Assembly (NCBI GenBank): GCA_963675635.1
Contig: OY776488.1
Span: 411,740 to 475,739 of the forward strand
DNA from: an uncultured Pseudodesulfovibrio sp.
Lineage (GTDB): Bacteria; Desulfobacterota; Desulfovibrionia; Desulfovibrionales; Desulfovibrionaceae
Length of the DNA: 64,000 nucleotides
Reading direction: 5' to 3'
The notes under the pieces were generated by a model. The model was not told the origin of the DNA. It searched no databases and saw only the letters and a program-made list of their open reading frames with translations. The translations under genes and the position numbers were made by a program. Shown piece by piece: positions 52,272 through 60,521 of the stretch (positions within the stretch are counted from its first letter, which is position 1; the number at the start of each line of letters is the position of its first letter).

Positions 52272-52649
52272 ATGTCTATGCGTTTTGATCAGGACCGAAA
52301 ACGGATTATCTGTCGTTGGGAAGAGCCGACCAAAATTGTCATGAACAAGAAGGAAGGCCTTATCAAGCGTTCACGAATGATTACGGTCAAAGTGAATGAC
52401 AATGGAAAATTGAACAGCAAGGATCGGAAAAGGCATGCGAATCATCCCATGTTTCCGATTATCAGTCGATTCAATCAGATGTTGAATAACATGGATTGCT
52501 ACCCGCAGTGCGAATGGGAAGCTGAACACACTTGTGCGGTGTGTGGAACAAACCACGGGGTCCATCCTCATTTCGACACAAAACGTCAGTCGCTCATCTG
52601 GCTGTGCAAGGAACATCTGACAGAATCGCCCAAGGTTAACGACGCCTAA
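52272..52649 (+). CDS. hypothetical Cys/His-containing protein
   Basis: The ATG at 52272 is preceded by AAGGAGG. Possible zinc-site residues: CYPQC ... CAVCGTNHGVHPH ... C. Confidence 0.55.
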   Translation: MSMRFDQDRKRIICRWEEPTKIVMNKKEGLIKRSRMITVKVNDNGKLNSKDRKRHANHPMFPIISRFNQMLNNMDCYPQCEWEAEHTCAVCGTNHGVHPHFDTKRQSLIWLCKEHLTESPKVNDA

Positions 52650-52974
52650 GCGACGCTTCCGGCTTAAATGCGACCTTCGTGTCGCGACATATTTGACCTC
52701 AGTCGGGTTGAGGTCAACATGATCGGCAGTGTTTCAAGCCGGTCAATAAAGCGCATAGTATCAAATACTGTGCGCTTTTTTGTGTCATGCAGTCGGTCTT
52801 GATGAATTCGCAGTGTATTGTTGCCGTGTCTGTCAATCAGAAGAAGAGCGTCGGAACGATGCCTGATGACAAACAATGTGCGCTTCTGCAAAGGATTGCC
52901 TATGAAGTCCAGAGGAACCCATCCAGTAATGCAGAGAAACTGATTGAGTGAATTGATATGCGTCTGGAAGGGCA

Positions 52975-53008
52975 ACAAAAAAGGGTCCGCACATCAGTGC
53001 GGACCCTT
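52975..53008 (-). terminator. rho-independent terminator after nhaB
   Basis: AAGGGTCCGCAC-atca-GTGCGGACCCTT hairpin followed by T6 on the minus strand. Confidence 0.88.
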
Positions 53009-53028
53009 TAAGTTTGTATCTGTTGAGA

Positions 53029-54648
53029 CTACATGAAGTAGTAGGTAGCGGCGAGACCCGTGATTGACATGGTGATGGTGTAAGGCAGAGCCAGCACGAC
53101 CATGCGGCCGTAGGAGAGCCTGATGACTGGTGCCAGTGCCGAGGTCAGCAGGAACAGGAAGGCTGCCTGACCGTTGGGTGTTGCCACGGACGGGATGTTG
53201 GTACCTGTGTTGATGGATACCGCCAGCTTGTCGAAATGATTCATCATTTCGGTGACTTGCCCCTGAATGGCCGCCGGAAGCGTCGAGATGGTCTGTGCGC
53301 GGTCCAGGTGGCCGTCTGTCAGTCTTTCCATGAGAGCGACACTGTCTTCCACGCCGGGGAAGGTGCCGAGCAGGGTGGTGAAGTGCATCTTGGTTTCCGA
53401 GATGTACACGGTTGCCACAAACACGTTGTCCGAGATCATGGACAGGACACCGTTGGCTATATAGTACGCTGCGAGCTGTGCTTGGCCCTTCATGGACAGT
53501 ACGACGTCCATGACCGGAGCGAAAAGGTGCTGGTCATGGATGACGCCGACAATGGAGAAGAACACAACGAGCAGGGCGGTGAAGGGCAGTGCTTCTTCGA
53601 ATGCCGGTCCGAGCTGGTGTTCATCGGTAAAGCCGTTGAAGCATGTCAGCAGGACGATGACAGACAGGCCGATGATACCGACAGCTGCCAAATGCAGAGC
53701 CAAAGCAATGATCAGCCAAAGGCCAACCAGAGCCTGAACAATCAATTTGGCTTTGCCGCGTATTCCGCGTTTTGATTCCATCTCGATGGCGGTTTCAAGC
53801 AGGTGGGAACGGATGTTACCCGGCATCTCTGCGCCGTAAGTGAAGAGGTGGAATTTTTCGACCACGATACAGGTCAGTAAACCGACCGCAAGAACGGGCA
53901 TGGATACCGGGGCGACCTTGAGGAAGAAGGGAACGAAGTGCCAGCCCATTTCGGAGCCGATGAGGAGGTTCTGCGGTTCTCCAACGATGGTGCAGACACC
54001 ACCGAGGGCGGTTCCGACTGCACCGTGCATCATCAAGTTGCGCAGGAAAGCACGGAATTGCAGGAGATCCTGGCGGGCGGCTTCCTTGACGGCTTCGTCT
54101 GAGCACAGGTCATGAGAGCAGCTCAGTGTTTTGCCTGAAGCGAACCGGTGATAGACATTATAAAACCCGAAGGCCACGGCAATGATGACAGCGGTGACGG
54201 TCAAGGCATCAAGGAAGGCAGACAGAAATGCGCCCGCAAAGCAGAACAGCAGAGATATAACGATCTTGGAGCGCACCTTGGTCAGGATGCGAGTGAAAGT
54301 GAATTGCAGAAAGTCCTTCATGAAGTAAATACCAGCGACCATGAAGATCAGGAGCAGGATGACTTCGAAGTTGTTCAGTGCTTCGTGGTAAACCGTTGCA
54401 GGATTGGTCAGCCCGAGAAAGACGGCTTCCATTGCAAGAAGACCACCTGCGGGGAGGGGGTAGCATTTTAATGCCATAGCCAATGTAAAAATGAATTCGG
54501 CGATCAACACCCAGCCTGCGATGAACGGACCGACGGTGTAGACCAGGATCGGATTGATGACAAGAAAGGCCAGGATGGCCAGTTTGTACCAGTTTGGCGC
54601 GTTGCCAAGAAAGTTTTTGCCAAAGGCCTGGGTCAGGGATTCAGACAT
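53029..54648 (-). CDS. nhaB: Na+/H+ antiporter NhaB
   Basis: Extended collinear similarity to my recollection of E. coli NhaB ([22 protein letters not shown]..., [27 protein letters not shown]). Confidence 0.93.
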   Translation of the reverse strand: MSESLTQAFGKNFLGNAPNWYKLAILAFLVINPILVYTVGPFIAGWVLIAEFIFTLAMALKCYPLPAGGLLAMEAVFLGLTNPATVYHEALNNFEVILLLIFMVAGIYFMKDFLQFTFTRILTKVRSKIVISLLFCFAGAFLSAFLDALTVTAVIIAVAFGFYNVYHRFASGKTLSCSHDLCSDEAVKEAARQDLLQFRAFLRNLMMHGAVGTALGGVCTIVGEPQNLLIGSEMGWHFVPFFLKVAPVSMPVLAVGLLTCIVVEKFHLFTYGAEMPGNIRSHLLETAIEMESKRGIRGKAKLIVQALVGLWLIIALALHLAAVGIIGLSVIVLLTCFNGFTDEHQLGPAFEEALPFTALLVVFFSIVGVIHDQHLFAPVMDVVLSMKGQAQLAAYYIANGVLSMISDNVFVATVYISETKMHFTTLLGTFPGVEDSVALMERLTDGHLDRAQTISTLPAAIQGQVTEMMNHFDKLAVSINTGTNIPSVATPNGQAAFLFLLTSALAPVIRLSYGRMVVLALPYTITMSITGLAATYYFM

Positions 54649-54699
54649 TGTTAGTTACTCCTCAAATCGATGTGAATACCGTGGCGATTTCCAGATAGT

Positions 54700-56121
54700 T
54701 TAGTCGCCGATTGTCATGGTAGGGTACATGCCTGCTTCCGGCCCGGACTGGAAGGGCTGGAGAATATTGAAGCATGCGTCCTGAGTCTTCTGCGCGTGGC
54801 CGCGGGTTTTATCCGTGCCGTCGTAATATGCACCGTTTTCTTCACGAATGTGATCTATGCGATGCTTGAAAGCCTCTACAAAAGCCATGCCATCTCCCTT
54901 GAATGTGGCATTGCCTAGGGTTATTTCGGTTGTTTTTGCCAGATCGTCCAAACTGACGCATTGTGTTGCCAGATCAGCTTGCCTGGTAATGTATCCCCAG
55001 ACTGCTGAGTTCTCTGGTATCGTAATAGGCTCTTCGGCATCAATTATAGTGTGTGGCATGACGATGGAATCCTGACCAATGATGATGGGGCAGGATTTTG
55101 TGCCATGGACGAAAGAGTTGAATCCCACAAAGACATTCTTGCCATTGCGAGTATAAATGACCTTGCCACCGTGGGCGGTGACGTTGTTGCCTTCGAAAAT
55201 GGAATCCTTGATGTAGCAGTTCTCCTGCGCATTTGCTCCTGCACCGATGATGGAGTTTTCAATATGGGCTCGCTGCACGATAAGGGCGTTGTTGCCTATT
55301 TCGCAATGTCCTTTGATAACTGCATACGGGCTGACATAGGCGGATTCGGGGATAACGACATCCGTTTCTGGGGTAGCCGTTGAATAAATGGGGACGAAGT
55401 CTTCTTTAAAGTCGTCTACATATTCCACGAATTTACCAGTCAGTTTGCCATTTTGGTCGAGTTTGACATATTGTTCAACGACGCCTTCAGGGTAAACGTA
55501 GTTGAATTCGAACAAGTTACCGGATTTGAGCCAGATACGTCCCGGTTCGATATTTACCCGGGAAAGGTCGCCTGCCTGAACATAGGCAAAGTCGCCGACC
55601 ACGCAGTTGTGCATAACCGAAAGGTCAACCGTTGAGAATGGGCCGAGGTAGACGCCTTCAGTGGTTGTGCCATGGATATTGGAATAATGCATGGCAACCG
55701 TGTTGAGGATGCGGAATACTTCGGGGATTTCCGGATTCTTGGAATGGTTATGCACCAGAGTTTTGACCAGGAACGAGTTGGTAATACGGATTACCTCGTC
55801 GTAGAATAGTTTGGTCTTAACCCCGTTGAATTCAACCACGTCACCTTTCTGTTTGAGTTCGTCACCGCGAATATCAGATTTATAGAGAACGGAACGGTCA
55901 ACCTGGGTTTTGCCCAGGAAATATGAGCCGGAGAGATTGGAGTTGGTGAATCTGAAGCTTATCGGATGGTCTTCGGTCAAAGCATAAAACGCATAGTAGA
56001 GGAGATGGCTCTCTCTGGGTATGGCATTGTTGAGCAGGGGACGAACGTCAATACCCATGGGCTTCAAGTTGACGTTAACCCGGGCCGCGATGTGATCAAA
56101 GAGTGCTTCGAGCTTTTCCAT
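54700..56121 (-). CDS. left-handed beta-helix (hexapeptide-repeat) protein of unknown function
   Basis: Repeated [LIV]-G-x4 hexapeptide-like turns in two blocks (e.g. IGNNALIVQRAHIENSIIGAGANAQENCYIKDSIFEGNNV). About 473 aa, with no recognisable acyltransferase or carbonic-anhydrase catalytic motif. Confidence 0.6.
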   Translation of the reverse strand: MEKLEALFDHIAARVNVNLKPMGIDVRPLLNNAIPRESHLLYYAFYALTEDHPISFRFTNSNLSGSYFLGKTQVDRSVLYKSDIRGDELKQKGDVVEFNGVKTKLFYDEVIRITNSFLVKTLVHNHSKNPEIPEVFRILNTVAMHYSNIHGTTTEGVYLGPFSTVDLSVMHNCVVGDFAYVQAGDLSRVNIEPGRIWLKSGNLFEFNYVYPEGVVEQYVKLDQNGKLTGKFVEYVDDFKEDFVPIYSTATPETDVVIPESAYVSPYAVIKGHCEIGNNALIVQRAHIENSIIGAGANAQENCYIKDSIFEGNNVTAHGGKVIYTRNGKNVFVGFNSFVHGTKSCPIIIGQDSIVMPHTIIDAEEPITIPENSAVWGYITRQADLATQCVSLDDLAKTTEITLGNATFKGDGMAFVEAFKHRIDHIREENGAYYDGTDKTRGHAQKTQDACFNILQPFQSGPEAGMYPTMTIGD

Positions 56122-56216
56122 GTGTCTCACGTTGTTTTTGTGTTTTATGAAAAGACGGCTGCCATGCGTTGAACATGACAGCCGTTATTATATTGTGTGA
56201 AGCATTCTGTCGACAA

Positions 56217-57692
56217 TTAACCGCCTGCCGACACCGTTATGGGCATGCCCATGAGCGGCCAGATGACAAGAATGGCCAGACCCACAAGGGCCATCAGCAG
56301 GATGGAAGCGGGTACACCCCATTTGAAGAATTCACCAGTGGTGAACTGTCCGGAGTCGTAGGCAATGGCATTGGGAGCCGCACCGACGAGGAGCAGGAAG
56401 GGCATGCCGGCAACAACCAGAGACGCGTACAGGATGACTTCGGGAGCCACGCCGAGGTAGGGCGCGATCACGAGAGCAACCGGCAGCGATATCGCGATGG
56501 CGGCCACGTTCATGATGAAGTTGGTCATCATCATGACAAAGAAGGCGATGGACATGATAAAGACGAACCAGTTTGCTTCCTGGAACATGACCAGCCAGTT
56601 GACGGCCATCCACTTGGCTGCACCGGTCTCCCAGAGGCAGAAGCCGATGGACATTGCGCCTGCAAACAGCAGGATGATGTTCCAGGGAATATCTTCGAGG
56701 TCTTTCAGATCAAGGATCTTGAAGACAAAGAAGAGAACCGAAGAGCAGAGGATGATGGCGGTTTTGTCAACAGCCTGGAGGGCCGGGACAAAGGAACGTA
56801 AGGACATGATGCAGATAACAGCACCGACGATGATGGCAGCCAGGATTTCATCACGGGTCAGGCTGCCCATTTTTGCGTTAAGTTCACGGGCTTTTTCGCG
56901 CAGGCCAGGAATGCGGTCTTTTTCAGGCTTGCATACGATCATGAAGAAGCCCCACAGCAGGAAAGTCATGGCCCAACCGATAGGTGCCATGTAGTAGCTC
57001 AGCTCAAAGAAGCCGATGTCCACGTTGACGATTTCCTTGTAGAAACCAAGGGCAACTGCGCCACGGGCTGCGCCGAGCAGGGTAACGATTGAACCGGCAC
57101 CGGCTACGTAAGCCATACCGATAAACAAGCCTTTACCGAATTTAGTCGGCTTGTCGCCTTCTCCGTAGAGGGCGTAGATTGCGAGCAGCAGAGGATAGAT
57201 GGTGGCTGCAACAGCTGTATGCGCCATGATGTGTGTCAAGGCGGCCGTAACGACAAAGACGCCGAGGTAAATCATTGAGGTGCGTTCGCCGACGACATCA
57301 AGCATTTTATATGCGAGTCGTTTGGTCAGGCCGGTTTTGGTGAAAACCAGACCGATCATGATGGAGGCGAAAATAAAGAGAACTGAGGGGTCCATGAAGT
57401 CCTTGAACGCCACTTTGGCCGGGCGAATCAGGAACATGACCTGAAGGATACCAATCATTAATGATGTGACACCGATTGGCACGACTTCAAAGACCCACCA
57501 AGTGCCGGCCAGCAGGAAGACGGCAATGGCACCTTTGGCCTCCATGGGCAAGGGAAAGTGCTGACCCATGGGGTCGATGGCATCTGGCCAGGCTGGAGAG
57601 AAATAAACAAAACCGAATAATGCGACGCCGATGAGCATGAACATCAGGCGTTTCCAGTCGAAAGATGGTTTGGCTGCTTGAGCTGTTTCCAT
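56217..57692 (-). CDS. DASS/SLC13 family anion:Na+ symporter-like permease
   Basis: 491 aa and polytopic, with a duplicated layout typical of ArsB/NhaD-superfamily DASS carriers. AAGGAG RBS at the ATG at 57692. Confidence 0.8.
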   Translation of the reverse strand: METAQAAKPSFDWKRLMFMLIGVALFGFVYFSPAWPDAIDPMGQHFPLPMEAKGAIAVFLLAGTWWVFEVVPIGVTSLMIGILQVMFLIRPAKVAFKDFMDPSVLFIFASIMIGLVFTKTGLTKRLAYKMLDVVGERTSMIYLGVFVVTAALTHIMAHTAVAATIYPLLLAIYALYGEGDKPTKFGKGLFIGMAYVAGAGSIVTLLGAARGAVALGFYKEIVNVDIGFFELSYYMAPIGWAMTFLLWGFFMIVCKPEKDRIPGLREKARELNAKMGSLTRDEILAAIIVGAVICIMSLRSFVPALQAVDKTAIILCSSVLFFVFKILDLKDLEDIPWNIILLFAGAMSIGFCLWETGAAKWMAVNWLVMFQEANWFVFIMSIAFFVMMMTNFIMNVAAIAISLPVALVIAPYLGVAPEVILYASLVVAGMPFLLLVGAAPNAIAYDSGQFTTGEFFKWGVPASILLMALVGLAILVIWPLMGMPITVSAGG

Positions 57693-57716
57693 GATTATCT
57701 CCTTGTTCACCAAGGC

Positions 57717-58232
57717 CTAGCTGGCACAGGCGCTCATGCGATTAATGATTTCATCAAAGACGTCGGCCATGCGGAGGATTCCCTTCACGGTGCCGTTGTT
57801 GCGAACGATCAAGGGCTGTGGAGCATTAATGATGTACAGGTGTACGCCATGTTCGAGTTCGCTTTCTTCATCAACATAATGACCGTCTTCAGGGACATGC
57901 ATTATATCTTTGGCCTTGAGGTCGAGGCTCTGGCTACAGAGGTCAGTCAATGAATTGGTCCAAAGGTTGAATTCCTTGAACTGCTCAGCCACGAAACGGT
58001 TGGACAGGATGTCACTGCCAAGATCGTGTTTGTTAAGCTTCTTGTAGCTGGGTTCCAACGCGATAATAATATCGGTCATGGTAACCACGCCGGCAAAAGC
58101 GCCGCTTTTGTCTACAATGAGAATGTCGCGATGTTTGCTGTCGTGCAAAGCACTTGCGATGTCACCCAGAGAGGCATCCAGATCAAGGGTCTGGTAATCC
58201 TCTACCGGAGTCATCAGGTCTTTGATTTTCAT
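57717..58232 (-). CDS. CBS domain pair protein
   Basis: Two CBS motifs (IKDLMTP...ILIVDKSGAFAGVVTMTDII and AKDIMH...LIVRNNGTVKGILRMADV). Strong GGGAGGAAGGA RBS at the ATG at 58232. Confidence 0.8.
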   Translation of the reverse strand: MKIKDLMTPVEDYQTLDLDASLGDIASALHDSKHRDILIVDKSGAFAGVVTMTDIIIALEPSYKKLNKHDLGSDILSNRFVAEQFKEFNLWTNSLTDLCSQSLDLKAKDIMHVPEDGHYVDEESELEHGVHLYIINAPQPLIVRNNGTVKGILRMADVFDEIINRMSACAS

Positions 58233-58545
58233 GTAATCCTTCCTCCCGAGAAGTTTGTTTACACATTGACGCATTGTAACTTCCTTTGTCACGGGAAGTT
58301 TCATGTGTTTCATCTGTGTCGCTTGAATCCTTATTGGACCAGCCCTGAAATTGCCCCCAATTTCACATTGCGTAACATTACGCGGGCCAAGTATCTACGA
58401 AGGTTCGCATTCCTATAAATAGTAATTCATTGTTTGCGTCAAGAGTCTTATGTGAATAAAAGTTCAAGGACACAATGAAACGTTTTGAGACAATTGAGGT
58501 TTGTCTTTTTGTTTCAATATAAAACATTTTGATACATAAAATGGG

Positions 58546-58884
58546 TCAATAATAGCTTTGTCCTGATGAAAGATTCCCCATGAGATATGCTTCAAGAATA
58601 GCGTCAACAGGACCACAGACGTTGTCTATTACCTCGATTCGTTTACGTTTCAGAAAGTCGAAGATTTCTTTTTCTAGGCCTGCGCAGATGATAGTTTTTA
58701 TGTTTTCTGACATGACCATTCTATACATGGCTTCGCTTGAAGGGGCATCAAGGATGACGACTTTTTCATTGATTTTTCCCATGGCGCTTGTTTCCCTGGT
58801 TACCGAAACAATGAGCACTTCAAGGGACGTGTCGAATCTGGGAGCCAGCTCGTTGCCTATGAGGGGGATAAGGATCTTTTCCAT
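58546..58884 (-). CDS. NifB/NifX-family (dinitrogenase Fe-Mo cofactor-binding-like) domain protein
   Basis: 112 aa. MEKILIPL...LAPRFD...IKTIICAGLEKEIFDFLKRKRIEVI pattern. It starts 7 nt after the activator stop. Confidence 0.65.
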   Translation of the reverse strand: MEKILIPLIGNELAPRFDTSLEVLIVSVTRETSAMGKINEKVVILDAPSSEAMYRMVMSENIKTIICAGLEKEIFDFLKRKRIEVIDNVCGPVDAILEAYLMGNLSSGQSYY

Positions 58885-58891
58885 GGTCTCT

Positions 58892-60289
58892 TTACTCTAT
58901 GCCGAAATGTTTCATCTTGCGCCATAAGGTGCTGCGCCCCCATCCGAGGAGTTCAGCTGCTTGTTGCTTGCGTCCGCTGGTCTTGATGAGAGCATCCAAT
59001 ATCATTTTTCGTTGAACATCTTCCCATCGTTCAGGACGGGCCATTCTGACTTCGCCCGGACTGTGTGGGCGTTGTTCGTCAGGGGTGGTTACAAGATTCT
59101 CCGGTAGGCCATGGCCGTGCAGGATGTAGCCTGGCAGGTGGCGCATGCGGATGACTGGAGTGTCACAGAAGTTGATGGCATATTCGATGAGATTTCGTAA
59201 TTCGCGGATATTGCCGGGGAAGGCATAGGACTTGAGCAGGTTCTCCACGTTCTTGGAGAAGCGCTCCACTTTTTTCTTGTATCGGAGTTGGAACATTTTC
59301 AGGAAGTGGTCCTGAAGGAGGAGAAGATCTTCACCTCGTTCTCTTAGGGGGGGGAGATGAAGTCGGATGACATTGAGCCGGTATAGGAGATCCTGACGAA
59401 ATGTTTTGTTCCTGACAGCCTCTTCCAGATCGATGTTACTGGCTGCCATGATGCGAACATCTGTACGGACTCCCTTGGTGGACCCCATGGGGCGAACTAC
59501 ATGGTCGTCCATGTAGGCAAGGAGTTTTGTCTGTAGCGACATGGGGAGATCGCCTATCTCTGTGATAAACAGCGTGCCGCCGTGCGCCATGCGTAATCGT
59601 CCCTGTTTAGCCTGGTCTGCGCCTGGAAAGGCGTTTTTGTTGTGTCCGAAGAGCTCGGATTCAAGGAGTGGGTCTGGCAGAGCGCCACAATTGACTTTGA
59701 CGAATGGGCCGTCCCGATCCGATTCGTTATGGATTTCTTCGGCCAGCATGTCTTTGCCCGTGCCGGTTTCACCTGTAATGAGTATCGGGGAATCTGTCTG
59801 GGCAATCGATGGGGTCATGGCAAATATTTTACGAACCTGTGGACTGCGTCCCACAAGTTCGCCAAGCCCTAGAACATGGCCCGTGACTTCGTCGAGTGGC
59901 CCGCCGCCGCTTGGCGTGATGGTTTCGATGACACCCTGTATGGTGTTGTCATCGGCTATGAGCGGGGCAAGAGTAAGGTTGACGAAGACCTTTTCCCTGT
60001 TTCTGTTAAGGATATTGGCTTCTACAGTTTGAGCTGTCCGGTCTTTCCATTCCGCCATCACCGGGCAGTCTTTTATGCAGAAGTCGCACCGTAATGCGTG
60101 GAGACATTTGATACCGAGAATCCGGCTTGCTTCAACGCCTGTAATGTCTTCATAGGCTCTGTTGACCGCAAGCAAAGTGCCTTCCTTGTCCATGATGGCA
60201 ACGCCGAGTGGCAGGAGGTCCAACAGTGCGGTAAGCCCTTTCTTGTCCGTCAGGTTGTGTATGAGCACAGTGGGATCGGCTATGGGCAT
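58892..60289 (-). CDS. sigma-54-dependent activator with an N-terminal PAS domain carrying a CX5CX2CX3CP cluster
   Basis: PAS (LPLGVAIMDKEGTLLAVNRAYEDITG), Cys block CLHALRCDFCIKDCP, GETGTGKD, the loop reads NAFPGA instead of GAFTGA, and a C-terminal HTH (AAELLGWGRSTLWRKM). Confidence 0.9.
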   Translation of the reverse strand: MPIADPTVLIHNLTDKKGLTALLDLLPLGVAIMDKEGTLLAVNRAYEDITGVEASRILGIKCLHALRCDFCIKDCPVMAEWKDRTAQTVEANILNRNREKVFVNLTLAPLIADDNTIQGVIETITPSGGGPLDEVTGHVLGLGELVGRSPQVRKIFAMTPSIAQTDSPILITGETGTGKDMLAEEIHNESDRDGPFVKVNCGALPDPLLESELFGHNKNAFPGADQAKQGRLRMAHGGTLFITEIGDLPMSLQTKLLAYMDDHVVRPMGSTKGVRTDVRIMAASNIDLEEAVRNKTFRQDLLYRLNVIRLHLPPLRERGEDLLLLQDHFLKMFQLRYKKKVERFSKNVENLLKSYAFPGNIRELRNLIEYAINFCDTPVIRMRHLPGYILHGHGLPENLVTTPDEQRPHSPGEVRMARPERWEDVQRKMILDALIKTSGRKQQAAELLGWGRSTLWRKMKHFGIE

Positions 60290-60470
60290 GGTGCGAGTTC
60301 CAGTCTGTATGGTTCAATTCGAGTCATAGTGAACCATAGTGAAACATCATGAGGAATACAAGAGGGGCATAGAAGAATGCCATTGGTACATATTATCTAT
60401 AAAAGAATGAGTCCTAATGGCACGGGATATTCTGATGTGTTCGTGAAAAGCGGCTTGTGATTTGGCGGTA

Positions 60471-60506
60471 AAAAAGCGGAAACCCTGCGCAGGGTTTCCG
60501 CTTTTT
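60471..60506. terminator. rho-independent terminator (bidirectional form) after the MCP gene
   Basis: AAGCGGAAACCCTGCGCAGGGTTTCCGCTT hairpin with T-tracts on both strands. Confidence 0.9.
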
Positions 60507-60521
60507 AATTTTCAAGTGATT

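Noticed and set aside
60367-60382. Sigma-54-like TGGCATTCTTCTATGC on the minus strand upstream of the Cys-cluster activator
   Set aside because: The GG to GC spacing is 11 nt rather than the near-invariant 10, so it is not called as a promoter.
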